From positions 21,192 through 85,191 of the IMG/VR virus record IMGVR_UViG_3300020392_000010: a stretch of 64,000 nt of DNA, one strand, 5' to 3'. The position numbers and the translations under genes are program-made. The DNA is from a virus. Shown here piece by piece: positions 9,984 through 19,860 of this stretch (position 1 is the first letter of the stretch; each line of letters starts with the position of its first letter). The notes below the pieces were generated by a model. That model had not been told where the DNA came from. It did not search any database and worked only from the letters and a program-made list of their open reading frames with translations.

Positions 9984-11689
9984 AGATTAACTTCATGTTT
10001 TTTAATAGGAAACGATTGTTCAATGTAAATTTTTTCCCTAACCTCAGAATGACGAATTGAATATCCATCTAGTTTATCGACAAGGTCCCATATGGTGACC
10101 TTGTTTTTATTTGCAAGCTTTCTCATTCCTCGACCTATCGCTTGCCTAATTGTAATTTCAGCTTTAGTGGTTTCTGCAAAAACAATATGATGAACATTCT
10201 TAAGGTCAATACCGGTTGCAAAGGTTCCAAAACTAGCAACTATTATAACACCTTCGTTTTTTTCCATTGCATCTTTATATTCATCCCGTTGTTCACTCTC
10301 AACACCTCCATCTATGTAATAGGTGTCCCTGTTCCACTCCTGAAGTTTCTTACATATATTCTTACCATATTCGTTTTTAATATCTGAGAAGAGAATCAAA
10401 GTGTTCTTACCGAACTTTTGTATCATACCACTTATTAGGTTTAACCTCTCTTGACTTTCAAATATAATTCCTTTTTCAAGGGTTAGCATTTCTCTACCAT
10501 ACTCTTTGTTATCCTTGTACATTCGTTTAATTTCATCTGAACTCTTTCTCATTTTAATGTATTCTTGAGCTGCCGAGTTTGATTTATTATATGTTAAGTA
10601 TACCATACGAATAGATACATTAGGAGAGTACCCGTGATCTATTAAGTGCTTTGCTGAGAGAGTCATAACCAGCGGTCCGACTTTCTCCTGTATCTTATAA
10701 AAATCAGAATACTCTTCAGAAACCTTTGCGGTTCCCGATAGCCCTAATTTATATCTCCAGTTTTCACATGCTGAAATGATATTAGAGATAGATGAACCTC
10801 TAGATTTATGAGTTTCATCTACGTTAACTACACTATATGATTCAAACATTCTAAAAGATTTAGAATATTTAATTTTTTCTTTAAGATTAGTTACTTTATT
10901 AACTGCTTTTTCAAGTTCTTTTTCTTTAGGTTTTTTAAGCTTTTCCAATTTTAATTTCTTTTTAACAGCCGAGGTTAATTGAGAGTCAAGACTTTTTTCT
11001 TCAAAATTAATTAAACTCTGATATGTTGATATAACTAGATCTGCTTCTTTAAATTCCTCTTCTGAGAATTTATTTTTACCACCTATCATTAGGATATTCC
11101 AATTTACTAATCCGTTAGAATACATTTTAAATTTTTCTTCGGTTTGACCAACTAATGAAATATTAGGAACTATCATTAGGGCTTTATTATGCCTATTGAT
11201 AATCCCTTCATGTTTTAAATAAGAATTAAAGATATAAAAGATTAAGGTTTTACCTGCTGAAGTTGCAAGCTCTTGGGTACAATATTTATATTGAAGTGCT
11301 TTGTAACCTGCTTCAAATTGATAGTCTCTTGGATATATACTGTTACCATGTTCATCTATTACATTATCAAAAAGTTTATCTACAAATTCAGTGTAATTAT
11401 CTTTACTATATTCTAAATTTAAAGTTTCTTTTAACCCGGATATTTTAAAAGAGATCCCTGTTTTTTTAGAAAAAGAGTATATTTCTTTCCAAAGTCCTAT
11501 TGGTATTTCATTTTCTTTTGTTAAAAAATTATCCATACCGTCCCATATACCTCTATCTACAAGTACATTAAAATCTCCATCCTTTGATTTTTTAGTAAAA
11601 TGATCTCGTAGTCTACCTTTTTCAGTGTCGTTATCCCACTCAATTAGTTTTATAAGATTCTTAGTTTTGAATACTTTAAACTTAAGCAT
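9980..11689 (-). CDS. uvsW: SF2 DNA helicase UvsW
   Basis: PRDYQ, LATSAGKT, VDETH, GLSGT, SFGTFATGIDL, QAIGRGMR. Confidence 0.92.
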   Translation of the reverse strand: MLKFKVFKTKNLIKLIEWDNDTEKGRLRDHFTKKSKDGDFNVLVDRGIWDGMDNFLTKENEIPIGLWKEIYSFSKKTGISFKISGLKETLNLEYSKDNYTEFVDKLFDNVIDEHGNSIYPRDYQFEAGYKALQYKYCTQELATSAGKTLIFYIFNSYLKHEGIINRHNKALMIVPNISLVGQTEEKFKMYSNGLVNWNILMIGGKNKFSEEEFKEADLVISTYQSLINFEEKSLDSQLTSAVKKKLKLEKLKKPKEKELEKAVNKVTNLKEKIKYSKSFRMFESYSVVNVDETHKSRGSSISNIISACENWRYKLGLSGTAKVSEEYSDFYKIQEKVGPLVMTLSAKHLIDHGYSPNVSIRMVYLTYNKSNSAAQEYIKMRKSSDEIKRMYKDNKEYGREMLTLEKGIIFESQERLNLISGMIQKFGKNTLILFSDIKNEYGKNICKKLQEWNRDTYYIDGGVESEQRDEYKDAMEKNEGVIIVASFGTFATGIDLKNVHHIVFAETTKAEITIRQAIGRGMRKLANKNKVTIWDLVDKLDGYSIRHSEVREKIYIEQSFPIKKHEVNL

Positions 11690-11692
11690 ATA

Positions 11693-12130
11693 TTATCCTA
11701 ATAGCTTTTCTAAGTCTAACCTAGTTTTTAAACCAAATAAAACATTATCTACTGTTTTTATAGAACCATCCATAAAAGATATTTGATTTTCTATAATCTC
11801 TACTGTTTCTTGCATGTCAGTAGTCTTGCCGTCTACTATAACCTTTTTTTCATGACCCTGATATCTCATGTTTTGATTAGAAACACTTTCCCATTCTTTT
11901 CCTCTTTTTTGTCTATATGACTTTTTTAATTTAGAAAGAGTATCTATTAAAGTGTGATTATCTTCTAAAAGTCTTTGTCTTATGCTTAGGAAAAAAACCT
12001 GAACCTCTTTAAAATCTTTAATATTGCTTAACTTTTCAATATTTCTTCGAATTTCTAAAGAGTAATTATCACGCTCTTTTCTAAACTTATCAGAAATATT
12101 TTCTTTAGGGGATTTTGTAGTATTTTCCAT
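11693..12130 (-). CDS. uvsY: Recombination mediator UvsY-like
   Basis: 145-aa helical protein directly upstream of uvsW; C-terminal FMDGSIKTVDNVLFGLKTRLDLEK resembles UvsY. Confidence 0.6.
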   Translation of the reverse strand: MENTTKSPKENISDKFRKERDNYSLEIRRNIEKLSNIKDFKEVQVFFLSIRQRLLEDNHTLIDTLSKLKKSYRQKRGKEWESVSNQNMRYQGHEKKVIVDGKTTDMQETVEIIENQISFMDGSIKTVDNVLFGLKTRLDLEKLLG

Positions 12131-12141
12131 AAAAATATTAT

Positions 12142-12978
12142 TTAAACCGGTTTTTTATTTTCAATTTCTTTAATCATTTCAAAGTGAATTTTTGCAATTC
12201 TATCTCTACCTTCTTCGCTTAATAATAATCTAGACTCTTCTCTATTTGTCATAAAAAAGTTCTCCGAAAGAATAGATGGCATAACCACTTTACGTAATAC
12301 CCAGAAATTTGCTTCTTTATCTGCGTCACCATCTCTTGTATCCATTCTCATTTTATGATCTGGAAACTCTGCTTTTGCTTTTTCATGCAACACCTGTGCA
12401 ATTTTATCCGATTTAGTTTCTCCTACTGTTGTATATACTGACCAACCGTGTGCAGATTCTTTGTTAAATCCATTAGCATGTACTGAAACATAAATACATT
12501 TTTTACCATCACTTTGTTGTCTCTCTCTATATATATCATTTGCTTTATCAGTTCTCCATCTTAATGATAAATCTTTTTCTGTATCAACTAAATTAATGCA
12601 TTCAATGCCTTCTTTTTCACATAGGTTAATTATTCTTTTTACAACTGCTCTGTTGAATTCTCCCTCAAATAATTGTGTACCATCTTCCCAAACAGGGGAT
12701 CTTTTACCGGCTGTTTGATATACACCATCGATTATACCACCATGGCCATTATCTAATATCCATACGTATCCCTTATCGTTTTTGATACTTGTATTTCTAC
12801 TCTGTATTTTACTCCACGTTTTTGGTCCAACTATACCGTCTGTTTCTAAACCCTGTTGGGCTTGAAATCTCATAACAGCTAATTCTGTTGCTGGTCCAAA
12901 ATCTCCATCTATTGTAATATTTAATGACTCTTGAAGTTTTTTTACTTCTTCACCTTTACTTCCTTTTTTTAATAGCAT
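12142..12978 (-). CDS. Endolysin: peptidoglycan-binding domain + N-acetylmuramoyl-L-alanine amidase (Amidase_3)
   Basis: LKKGSKGEEVKKLQ...DGDFGPATE..V..FQ...DGIVGPKTW; ILDNGHGG, EGEFN, VSVHANG, ILSENFFM. Confidence 0.92.
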   Translation of the reverse strand: MLLKKGSKGEEVKKLQESLNITIDGDFGPATELAVMRFQAQQGLETDGIVGPKTWSKIQSRNTSIKNDKGYVWILDNGHGGIIDGVYQTAGKRSPVWEDGTQLFEGEFNRAVVKRIINLCEKEGIECINLVDTEKDLSLRWRTDKANDIYRERQQSDGKKCIYVSVHANGFNKESAHGWSVYTTVGETKSDKIAQVLHEKAKAEFPDHKMRMDTRDGDADKEANFWVLRKVVMPSILSENFFMTNREESRLLLSEEGRDRIAKIHFEMIKEIENKKPV

Positions 12979-12981
12979 TTT

Positions 12982-13287
12982 TTAATGGTTATTTTTGTAA
13001 TCTACGAGAGCGGTTATTACGTCTGTGAACTGGGCACTATTTAAATTTACTTTTAAATTTGAATGCTCTTTATTAATAAAATTTTCCGCTTCTCTTCTAA
13101 GCTTTTCGTATGAAGTTTTTTCTTTAACAGGGTGTTTGTAAACCGAATCTTTAGTTTGCCTAAGTTCATTTATTGTTCTTTTTTTAACAGTCCTTGATTT
13201 GTAATCGGGCATCTTGTGAAAAAGCTTAGATTCGCCTGAAAAATCCATACCTGAAAAGCCTGGTTTTAATTTATTTTCTTCACTCAT
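12982..13287 (-). CDS. Hypothetical protein
   Basis: 101-aa ORF downstream of an AAAC-N16-GTATAA motif. Confidence 0.6.
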   Translation of the reverse strand: MSEENKLKPGFSGMDFSGESKLFHKMPDYKSRTVKKRTINELRQTKDSVYKHPVKEKTSYEKLRREAENFINKEHSNLKVNLNSAQFTDVITALVDYKNNH

Positions 13288-13308
13288 GTTTATAAAATTG
13301 TTTTAATA

Positions 13309-13334
13309 TTATACTGTTTTAGGAAAAAAAGTTT
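13309..13334 (-). promoter_or_regulatory. AAAC-N16-GTATAA promoter-like motif
   Basis: Exact 16-nt spacer; upstream of the 13287 start. Confidence 0.6.
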
Positions 13335-13789
13335 ATAAATTTATAGTAAGTTGATCCTACTTTAAAGTGATCTTCTGGAAAAACTTCATCTTGAGAAAGA
13401 GTTGAAACTATTTCATTCCCTATTATATTAGATTCGTCTTTGGTTTTAACATGTATATTAGGTTTATCTTTTCTACCTATTAAGTAATTTATTAAATCAT
13501 ACTTTTCAAAATCCTCTTTTTCTATTTTTAAACATTTATTAATGAATAGTGATGGGCATTTTCTAGTTCCTTTTCCAAAACCATTATAATACGATTGTTT
13601 TACGCAATTATCCTTACAGGTATTTAAAAAATTAAGATAGCCTTCCCTATCCTTGAAATTTATTATTGTAAAATTTCCAAGAGACTGTATACAATCTCTT
13701 ATAGAATTCCAGTTAGCATTAGAACTTGATTGTATGTCTTTCATTTCAAGATCATCAAACTCTTCAAAAACTTTTATGTACTTTTGCAT
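13319..13789 (-). CDS. Hypothetical protein with capsid-targeting-like N-terminus
   Basis: MQKYIKVFEEFDDLE; ATAAATA upstream on minus strand. Confidence 0.65.
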   Translation of the reverse strand: MQKYIKVFEEFDDLEMKDIQSSSNANWNSIRDCIQSLGNFTIINFKDREGYLNFLNTCKDNCVKQSYYNGFGKGTRKCPSLFINKCLKIEKEDFEKYDLINYLIGRKDKPNIHVKTKDESNIIGNEIVSTLSQDEVFPEDHFKVGSTYYKFINFFS

Positions 13790-13802
13790 GCTGTATTATA
13801 TA

Positions 13803-13828
13803 AAACTTTTTTTTATTTATTTGTAAAA
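13803..13828 (+). promoter_or_regulatory. AAAC-N16-GTAAAA promoter-like motif
   Basis: Exact 16-nt spacer; upstream of the dNMP kinase gene. Confidence 0.55.
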
Positions 13829-13866
13829 CATATAGTATAATGGTACAGTTATAAAATAAAGCAATA

Positions 13867-14466
13867 ATGATAGTAATTATAGAAGGATCACAAGGGTCCG
13901 GCAAAACTCATATGATAAATTATTTAAAGTCAAACGAGTGGGGCGATAACGTATTATTTTACAAATATGAACACGTATCTCATATGAAAAACATGGGATT
14001 TGAAGACATGGAACCAAAGGACTCTTTTCACTATTTTACGCTATCTAATACACTTACTATTCTAGAGTTACATAAAACCGTTTTAAAAGATAAAATAATA
14101 GTATTTGATAGAGGAATATTTTCAGCATATGTGTGGTCTATTTTAAGAAATAGAATGGATAGAAGTAGGCTTAATAAAGAATTATCTAAACTATTAGATA
14201 GCTCTTTATATGAAAATTGTCATGTAATTAGAATAATATCTGAAAGTAAAGAAATAAGAGCGCACAGTGATATATTCGATACTTTTACAAATAATATAAA
14301 AGAAAATTTTTTATTTGACAAAGTATTCGAAGATAATATGGAAAATTTAGAATGTGATAAGCGAAATAATTCATATAATGAGATGATTAACTATAGGGAC
14401 TTTTTAAGCGAAGCTGTTATGATGAACATATTTAGTAAAAAAATTAATATAAATAAACTAAAATAG
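13867..14466 (+). CDS. Deoxynucleoside monophosphate (thymidylate-type) kinase
   Basis: IIIEGSQGSGKT P-loop; IIVFDRGIFSAYVW (DR motif). Confidence 0.75.
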   Translation: MIVIIEGSQGSGKTHMINYLKSNEWGDNVLFYKYEHVSHMKNMGFEDMEPKDSFHYFTLSNTLTILELHKTVLKDKIIVFDRGIFSAYVWSILRNRMDRSRLNKELSKLLDSSLYENCHVIRIISESKEIRAHSDIFDTFTNNIKENFLFDKVFEDNMENLECDKRNNSYNEMINYRDFLSEAVMMNIFSKKININKLK

Positions 14467-14476
14467 TGTTTATTCA

Positions 14477-15022
14477 ATGAAAAATTTAGTAACCAAATAT
14501 AGCGATTTTATATTTGAAAAAAAGAAATCTTCTTTAAAAGGTATTTCTTCTGAAAATATTATTAAAAAAATAGAGGCAGTAATGGATGTATTGCCTAACG
14601 ATGTACAATTTGGAGTACCCTCTGATAATTTAGGCCAATCTACTTCCTATAAGTCTCCAGGTGACGCTATTCAAAGAATAAAAGATATCACTCATTACTA
14701 TAATAAGAGAAAAGAAGATGTTAAATTCTACTGCTGGTCTATTACTTTTAAAGGAGACTTTAATGCTTCACAAGAACTTGAAGATAAAATGGAAGAAGCA
14801 GATGGATTATTTCATGAAGATAAGGCTAAGTATGGAAAAATAGACATGATAAAGGTTAGAGATTATGTTCAAACAAATCCAGAGGACGCAGATGAATTTA
14901 AAAGTTTTTCAATATCATTAGATAGCGCCTCTTCTAGAAAATTTGGTATGAAACTATCATCTGGAACTTCTAATGATAAAACAAAAGAGAAAGAATCAGA
15001 AGAATCTGAAGATGAATTTTAA
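14477..15022 (+). CDS. Hypothetical protein with capsid-targeting-like N-terminus
   Basis: MKNLVTKYSDFIFEK; TATAAATA at 14448-14455. Confidence 0.65.
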   Translation: MKNLVTKYSDFIFEKKKSSLKGISSENIIKKIEAVMDVLPNDVQFGVPSDNLGQSTSYKSPGDAIQRIKDITHYYNKRKEDVKFYCWSITFKGDFNASQELEDKMEEADGLFHEDKAKYGKIDMIKVRDYVQTNPEDADEFKSFSISLDSASSRKFGMKLSSGTSNDKTKEKESEESEDEF

Positions 15023-15047
15023 AATATAAATTACTTAAAAAACAAGT

Positions 15048-16961
15048 ATGGCAGGAATAAGACACTTAAAAGAAGTCCATGATAAAATGGGAGAAGACTT
15101 CTTAAATAAATTATTTAATGAGTACCTTATAGTTAATGAAAAAGTAAATGGAAGTTTTCTAGGATTTAAAAAAGACAGAGAAAATGACGAATTTAAATTC
15201 TTTAATAAGAGAAACGAAATAGGTTACATAGATAGGGTCTTATCAAAATTTTATAACGATCCTATTAACCATATTAAAAATTTAGAAAAAGACAAGATTC
15301 AAAAAATTCCATCGAATATGTATTTTGGTTTAGAATACATATCTAATACCTCATCAAATGTAGAAGATTATGGAAGATTACCGAAAAATGGATTATTACT
15401 TAATTTTATACACGAATTAGACGAAGAAGGTGGGGTAATAAAAACAATACAAGATAAACATATACTAGATGAATGGGCTAATTTTTTAGAAATAGATGGA
15501 CCAACTATAGTTTTTGAAGGAAAATTAAACGATGATCAAAAAGTTGAAATCATGGATTTTATATACAGCCCTGCTGAAGAACTATTAGAAAAATTTAAAA
15601 CGAGATCTTTTATAAAATACGTTATATCTATTTTAAATAAAGATTTTAAAGAAAGTTTTTTAGAAAATAGCATAGTTAGAGATATAAACGGATTAGTGTT
15701 TAGATTTTACGAAGGGGATAGAGAAAATCCTAGTTCAAAATCTTTTCTTGCTAAATTAATAGACCCTATATTTCAAAATAAAATGAGTACCCAAGAGGTA
15801 AAAAGAGAAGAAAATAAATCTCAAGATTATACATGGTTAATTGTAATAGATTTAATGAATTTTATAGAAATGTATGACCTAAAAACAATCAATAGTTGGA
15901 AAATAGTAGGAGATTCATTTCAAGAAAGATATGTTAAATTTGTAAATAGAGTATTTAGAGAATTTATAGATAAGTATAAAGACAAATACGAAGGAATACA
16001 ATTAAATAAACCTGAGTTTCTAGATAGTGATGAATTTGATCTAAATATGGACATGATAAATGATCCATATATTATAGATTTAATAAAAGAAAGCGATACA
16101 AATAAAGAAATTTATAAAATCCTATTAAACTTTTTTAGAAAAAAAAGAAAAAAAGTAAATTCTAACCTATTTGATAGTAATCTATTAAAGCAACTAAATA
16201 TACAGGTTGATAAGATAAAAAAGATTTTGTTGAAAGAAAAGGTTTTTGAAGGGTTTTTTCCAACGTTTAACGAGTATGTAGGCGAATCAGGAGAGTTTGA
16301 ACCAATGACAATTCAAGGTTTTTCAAAAGAAAAAAGATCAATAGCTAAGCCTAAAAAAGTAAATCTGCTAATAGGCGATTTTCAACCTATACACTTAGGG
16401 CATATAAAAGCTGCCGAAAAATTAAAATCTAAAAACAATTTTCCAGTAGTATTAATAGCAGTTGTTAAAAATGAAAAAAATAAGAATAATCCATTTTCAG
16501 AAGCATCTATTAAAAAAATGCTAAATGACGTTGAACAAGAATATGGAAGCTTTATTGAAAAGGCAATTATATTAAAAACAGGTGGAATAGAAGAAATTAT
16601 AGGTTCTTTAAAACCATCTTATGTACCTATATTATGGGGCACTAATAAAAATAGACTAAATAGATACGCTATTCAATTAGGGTATTTAAAAAAGAGAGAC
16701 GTTTCACTTGACTTAAATAAGGATTTTAAGCTAGTTGAAATACCTAAATTTCAATCTTCATCTGAAATAAGAAATATTATAAAAGATGAAAAGTACAAGG
16801 AGTTTAAAAGACTTGTACCAGATTCAGTAGTTTCTAATTTTTATAATTTAAAAAAAGAAATAGATCAATTAAATGAATCTAAAAAAGAAACTATTTCTGA
16901 GATAAATAATAAAGAATCTAATATCTCAGAAAATGAAAAAGAAATCAAAGAAGAACAGTAG
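15048..16961 (+). CDS. Fusion of an RNA-ligase-like nucleotidyltransferase domain and a HIGH-motif cytidylyl/adenylyltransferase domain
   Basis: N-term VNEKVNGS (ligase motif I), FGLEY, NGLVFR, AKLIDP; C-term IGDFQPIHLGH, NPFS, SSSEIR. Confidence 0.7.
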   Translation: MAGIRHLKEVHDKMGEDFLNKLFNEYLIVNEKVNGSFLGFKKDRENDEFKFFNKRNEIGYIDRVLSKFYNDPINHIKNLEKDKIQKIPSNMYFGLEYISNTSSNVEDYGRLPKNGLLLNFIHELDEEGGVIKTIQDKHILDEWANFLEIDGPTIVFEGKLNDDQKVEIMDFIYSPAEELLEKFKTRSFIKYVISILNKDFKESFLENSIVRDINGLVFRFYEGDRENPSSKSFLAKLIDPIFQNKMSTQEVKREENKSQDYTWLIVIDLMNFIEMYDLKTINSWKIVGDSFQERYVKFVNRVFREFIDKYKDKYEGIQLNKPEFLDSDEFDLNMDMINDPYIIDLIKESDTNKEIYKILLNFFRKKRKKVNSNLFDSNLLKQLNIQVDKIKKILLKEKVFEGFFPTFNEYVGESGEFEPMTIQGFSKEKRSIAKPKKVNLLIGDFQPIHLGHIKAAEKLKSKNNFPVVLIAVVKNEKNKNNPFSEASIKKMLNDVEQEYGSFIEKAIILKTGGIEEIIGSLKPSYVPILWGTNKNRLNRYAIQLGYLKKRDVSLDLNKDFKLVEIPKFQSSSEIRNIIKDEKYKEFKRLVPDSVVSNFYNLKKEIDQLNESKKETISEINNKESNISENEKEIKEEQ

Positions 16962-17382
16962 TCAAAGAAACTATAAAAAGTATTTTGACAATAGAATGGG
17001 CAAAGGCGCGCCTGAAAAGCTAAAAAATGCAGTCCTTCAGCATCCAGACGATACTGATGATTCTATATATGGCTATATGCAAAAGAATAAATCTAGAAAC
17101 ATGTGGGTTATGAACTTTGATCAATACAAAAAAGCAGGAGGTGTATCAGAATCATTAAATGAAGATGAATGGACAGATGATATACTTGATAATCTTGGAA
17201 AAGAAAGCAATGAAGATTGGTGGACTGAAAAAAATTCAGAAGAACTAAATATGCACTCATTAGAAAGAGATTTAATGAAATTAGTAAATAAATATTCAGG
17301 TAAAATAGGAATAGATTCATATGGATCTATTGATGCAATATACAAGATCTTAGATGGAATGTTTGAAAGAGTAGAAAAATAA
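16933..17382 (+). CDS. Hypothetical protein
   Basis: 149-aa ORF; internal VMNFDQY...SLNE motif. Confidence 0.6.
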   Translation: MKKKSKKNSSQRNYKKYFDNRMGKGAPEKLKNAVLQHPDDTDDSIYGYMQKNKSRNMWVMNFDQYKKAGGVSESLNEDEWTDDILDNLGKESNEDWWTEKNSEELNMHSLERDLMKLVNKYSGKIGIDSYGSIDAIYKILDGMFERVEK

Positions 17383-17431
17383 TTATTTAATACTTTTCTA
17401 ATATAAATAATAAAAAGCTATTTTATTATAA

Positions 17432-19126
17432 ATGAATTTCCTGAATAAAATAAAGGGTTTTAACTTTTCAAATAAACTTTTAGAGGAAACCAAAGAAACC
17501 ATAGATAAAGACATAGAATCTATAGGTAAAAGATTAGAGGACGAAGTAGGAGGAAACGAAGATGAAATTATTATAGATTCTATACTAGACGACATTTCAT
17601 ACGAAATATTAAATAGAAAAGATGAAGAAAAAGTAGATGATGTAATTAAAATTTTTTCAGACTCTAAAAAAATAGACTATTTTTCTAAGTATAAAGAAAA
17701 TAAATCTAAAAAGATTAATAGTATAAGTAAGTCTTTAAATAAAATATCTAAAAATTTATACAGCGATAAAGATAAAGAGAGGGAAAAATCAAACAGTGAA
17801 TTTATAACAGCAGTTACTAATCTAAACCTTGAAATAGATAGGGCTAATAAATTAACTGAAATATACAAAATAAATTCAGATAAAGAATTAGACGAAAATT
17901 CAAACGCTGAAAAAACAAAAAAATTAGCTGAAAAAAATTCTTTCATTGAAAAGGCTATTTCTGCCTATAAAAAATTAGCTAAAAAAGTAATAAGCCATCT
18001 TAATAAAAGAGTAGATAAGAATATTGAGGAAGATAATGAAATGATTATTGATGACATAGAAAACACATTTGATGAAAGTGGAATATCAGTAATTAACATA
18101 AATATCAATGGAAAAGAATTAAACGTACAAGACGAAATAGAAAAAGTAAAGAAAAAAGAAGAAATTAAAAAACCCCAAGAAACAAGAAGTCAAAGGTCTT
18201 TTATAAAAGAAACTATATCTAAATTAAAAAATTCATATATACCAGAGGAAAGAGATGGTATTATAATTAAACCAGGCGGATTTTTTAGTAATGTTCTTAA
18301 TATAAAGTCTTCATATAACGATGTTCTTTTAAATATAATACAGCGCCGAGCCATTGATTTAGGCGAAGACATGTCTTATTTGGAAAAAGAAAGCACCGAT
18401 GTTAAACATCAAATAGCATACTTAGAATCTACTAAATATTTTTTAGATTATATGATAGATACATACATAACAATTAAAAAAGATAAAGACAAATTAAAAA
18501 GATTAGTCAATACCATATATCTAGATAAAGCTGCCTATATAAGAAATAAAAATTTAGCTAGAAAAATAAATATGTCAGATTTTGCTGGATTAAAAATAAA
18601 AAGAGAAGTAAAAATACCTCTTTATAAAACAGTTAACATTCCTATTTCTAATAAAGATATAGTTGCTAATTCTAAATTTAGCAAATTTAAAGAAGCTATG
18701 AAAGGTTTATCTGGTATAATGGGATGGCAAAAAAGTTACGTCGATCAAGGTAGGGCAAGCGCAAATAAGCAACAAAATAAAGCTATTCTTCAAGGAATTA
18801 CTAATATTTCTAAATCTATAGCAGGGGCATTAGGTGGAGATAAGGCTAAGAATAGAGTAGACCTAGCATCTAGAAGAGTAGGAAATACTCTTAATTTAGA
18901 ATTGAAAGAAGATATGATAGCACCTATAGATTCTGGAGGATCTCCAGGTACATCTTTCGATACACCTCAGTCACTCGCAGGTGGAATGGATATGTTTTCT
19001 AAACTAGGACCGGGTAAGCCTCTAAAAAGAAAGAAAAGAAAAAAGAAGAAGAAAAAGAAATCTAAAAAGACTACAAATGCTATTATATCATTTGACACAT
19101 TTATAAATAAAAATAAATCCTTTTAA
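17432..19126 (+). CDS. Hypothetical Lys-rich protein with poly-Lys C-terminal tract, candidate internal head protein
   Basis: 564 aa; TATAAATA at 17402; ends KRKKRKKKKKKKSKKTTNAIISFDTFINK. Confidence 0.7.
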   Translation: MNFLNKIKGFNFSNKLLEETKETIDKDIESIGKRLEDEVGGNEDEIIIDSILDDISYEILNRKDEEKVDDVIKIFSDSKKIDYFSKYKENKSKKINSISKSLNKISKNLYSDKDKEREKSNSEFITAVTNLNLEIDRANKLTEIYKINSDKELDENSNAEKTKKLAEKNSFIEKAISAYKKLAKKVISHLNKRVDKNIEEDNEMIIDDIENTFDESGISVINININGKELNVQDEIEKVKKKEEIKKPQETRSQRSFIKETISKLKNSYIPEERDGIIIKPGGFFSNVLNIKSSYNDVLLNIIQRRAIDLGEDMSYLEKESTDVKHQIAYLESTKYFLDYMIDTYITIKKDKDKLKRLVNTIYLDKAAYIRNKNLARKINMSDFAGLKIKREVKIPLYKTVNIPISNKDIVANSKFSKFKEAMKGLSGIMGWQKSYVDQGRASANKQQNKAILQGITNISKSIAGALGGDKAKNRVDLASRRVGNTLNLELKEDMIAPIDSGGSPGTSFDTPQSLAGGMDMFSKLGPGKPLKRKKRKKKKKKKSKKTTNAIISFDTFINKNKSF

Positions 19127-19128
19127 AT

Positions 19129-19380
19129 ATGCAATACGTTAAAGATATTTTTACAGAAGACAAAAATGATGGAAAATATTCATCTAAAAAGACATTAGGT
19201 ATAATTTCAGGTGTTTTAGTATGTTTAGCATTTTTAGGAGATGGTTTTCATTGGTTTACAGTAAACGAAGGATTATTTAATTCAATGTTAATATTTTCTG
19301 GAACCATGCTAGGCGTATCTACTGCGACTAAAATATTTAAAAAAAGTGAGCCTGTAAAAAGCGAAGAAAGTAATGGTTAA
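19129..19380 (+). CDS. Small two-TM membrane protein, putative holin
   Basis: 83 aa, two hydrophobic segments after KYSSKK, charged C-terminus; TATAAATA at 19102. Confidence 0.5.
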   Translation: MQYVKDIFTEDKNDGKYSSKKTLGIISGVLVCLAFLGDGFHWFTVNEGLFNSMLIFSGTMLGVSTATKIFKKSEPVKSEESNG

Positions 19381-19798
19381 AAATTACAACAAATATCTAA
19401 AAGAAAATTGCGGCTGTATTGGAAATGAAGCTAGTGTAGAAATAGCTCCTATAGAATTATTTAGTAAAATAGCTAATTCTCTACCAACTAAACAGGATAC
19501 ATGTCCTAGTTGTTCTAAATTTCCAGAAGATTGCGGCTGTAAAGGAAATTGTGGGAATTGCGGCGATGAAAATGGAAATTGTGATTGTAGTATTAATCAG
19601 GACATATCAATAGGTGATATGGTTAGAAATGTAAACCAAAGCTGTCCTCAGTTTAAATCAGTAGGTAGAGTTGTAGATATGCCTAATAACAATTCCGTAA
19701 CATTTACTGTTGTAAGACCAGGCGGAGATTCTTCAATAGGCCAGTTGTTAAACGCTACTAGGGATCAAATTACAGTAGACGAGAAATATCGTATATAA
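19373..19798 (+). CDS. Cys-rich hypothetical protein with capsid-targeting-like N-terminus
   Basis: MVKNYNKYLKEN; CPSCSKFPEDCGCKGNCGNCGDENGNCDC. Confidence 0.7.
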   Translation: MVKNYNKYLKENCGCIGNEASVEIAPIELFSKIANSLPTKQDTCPSCSKFPEDCGCKGNCGNCGDENGNCDCSINQDISIGDMVRNVNQSCPQFKSVGRVVDMPNNNSVTFTVVRPGGDSSIGQLLNATRDQITVDEKYRI

Positions 19799-19860
19799 AA
19801 TTTAAAACTTCATTTTTATTTTCTTGTTAGATATATAATAAAAAAGATTATTTTCTAAAA

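Noticed and set aside
19803-19832. Additional AAAC-N16-GTA promoter copy
   Set aside because: Downstream element is GTTAG at spacing 17; does not fit the otherwise exact pattern
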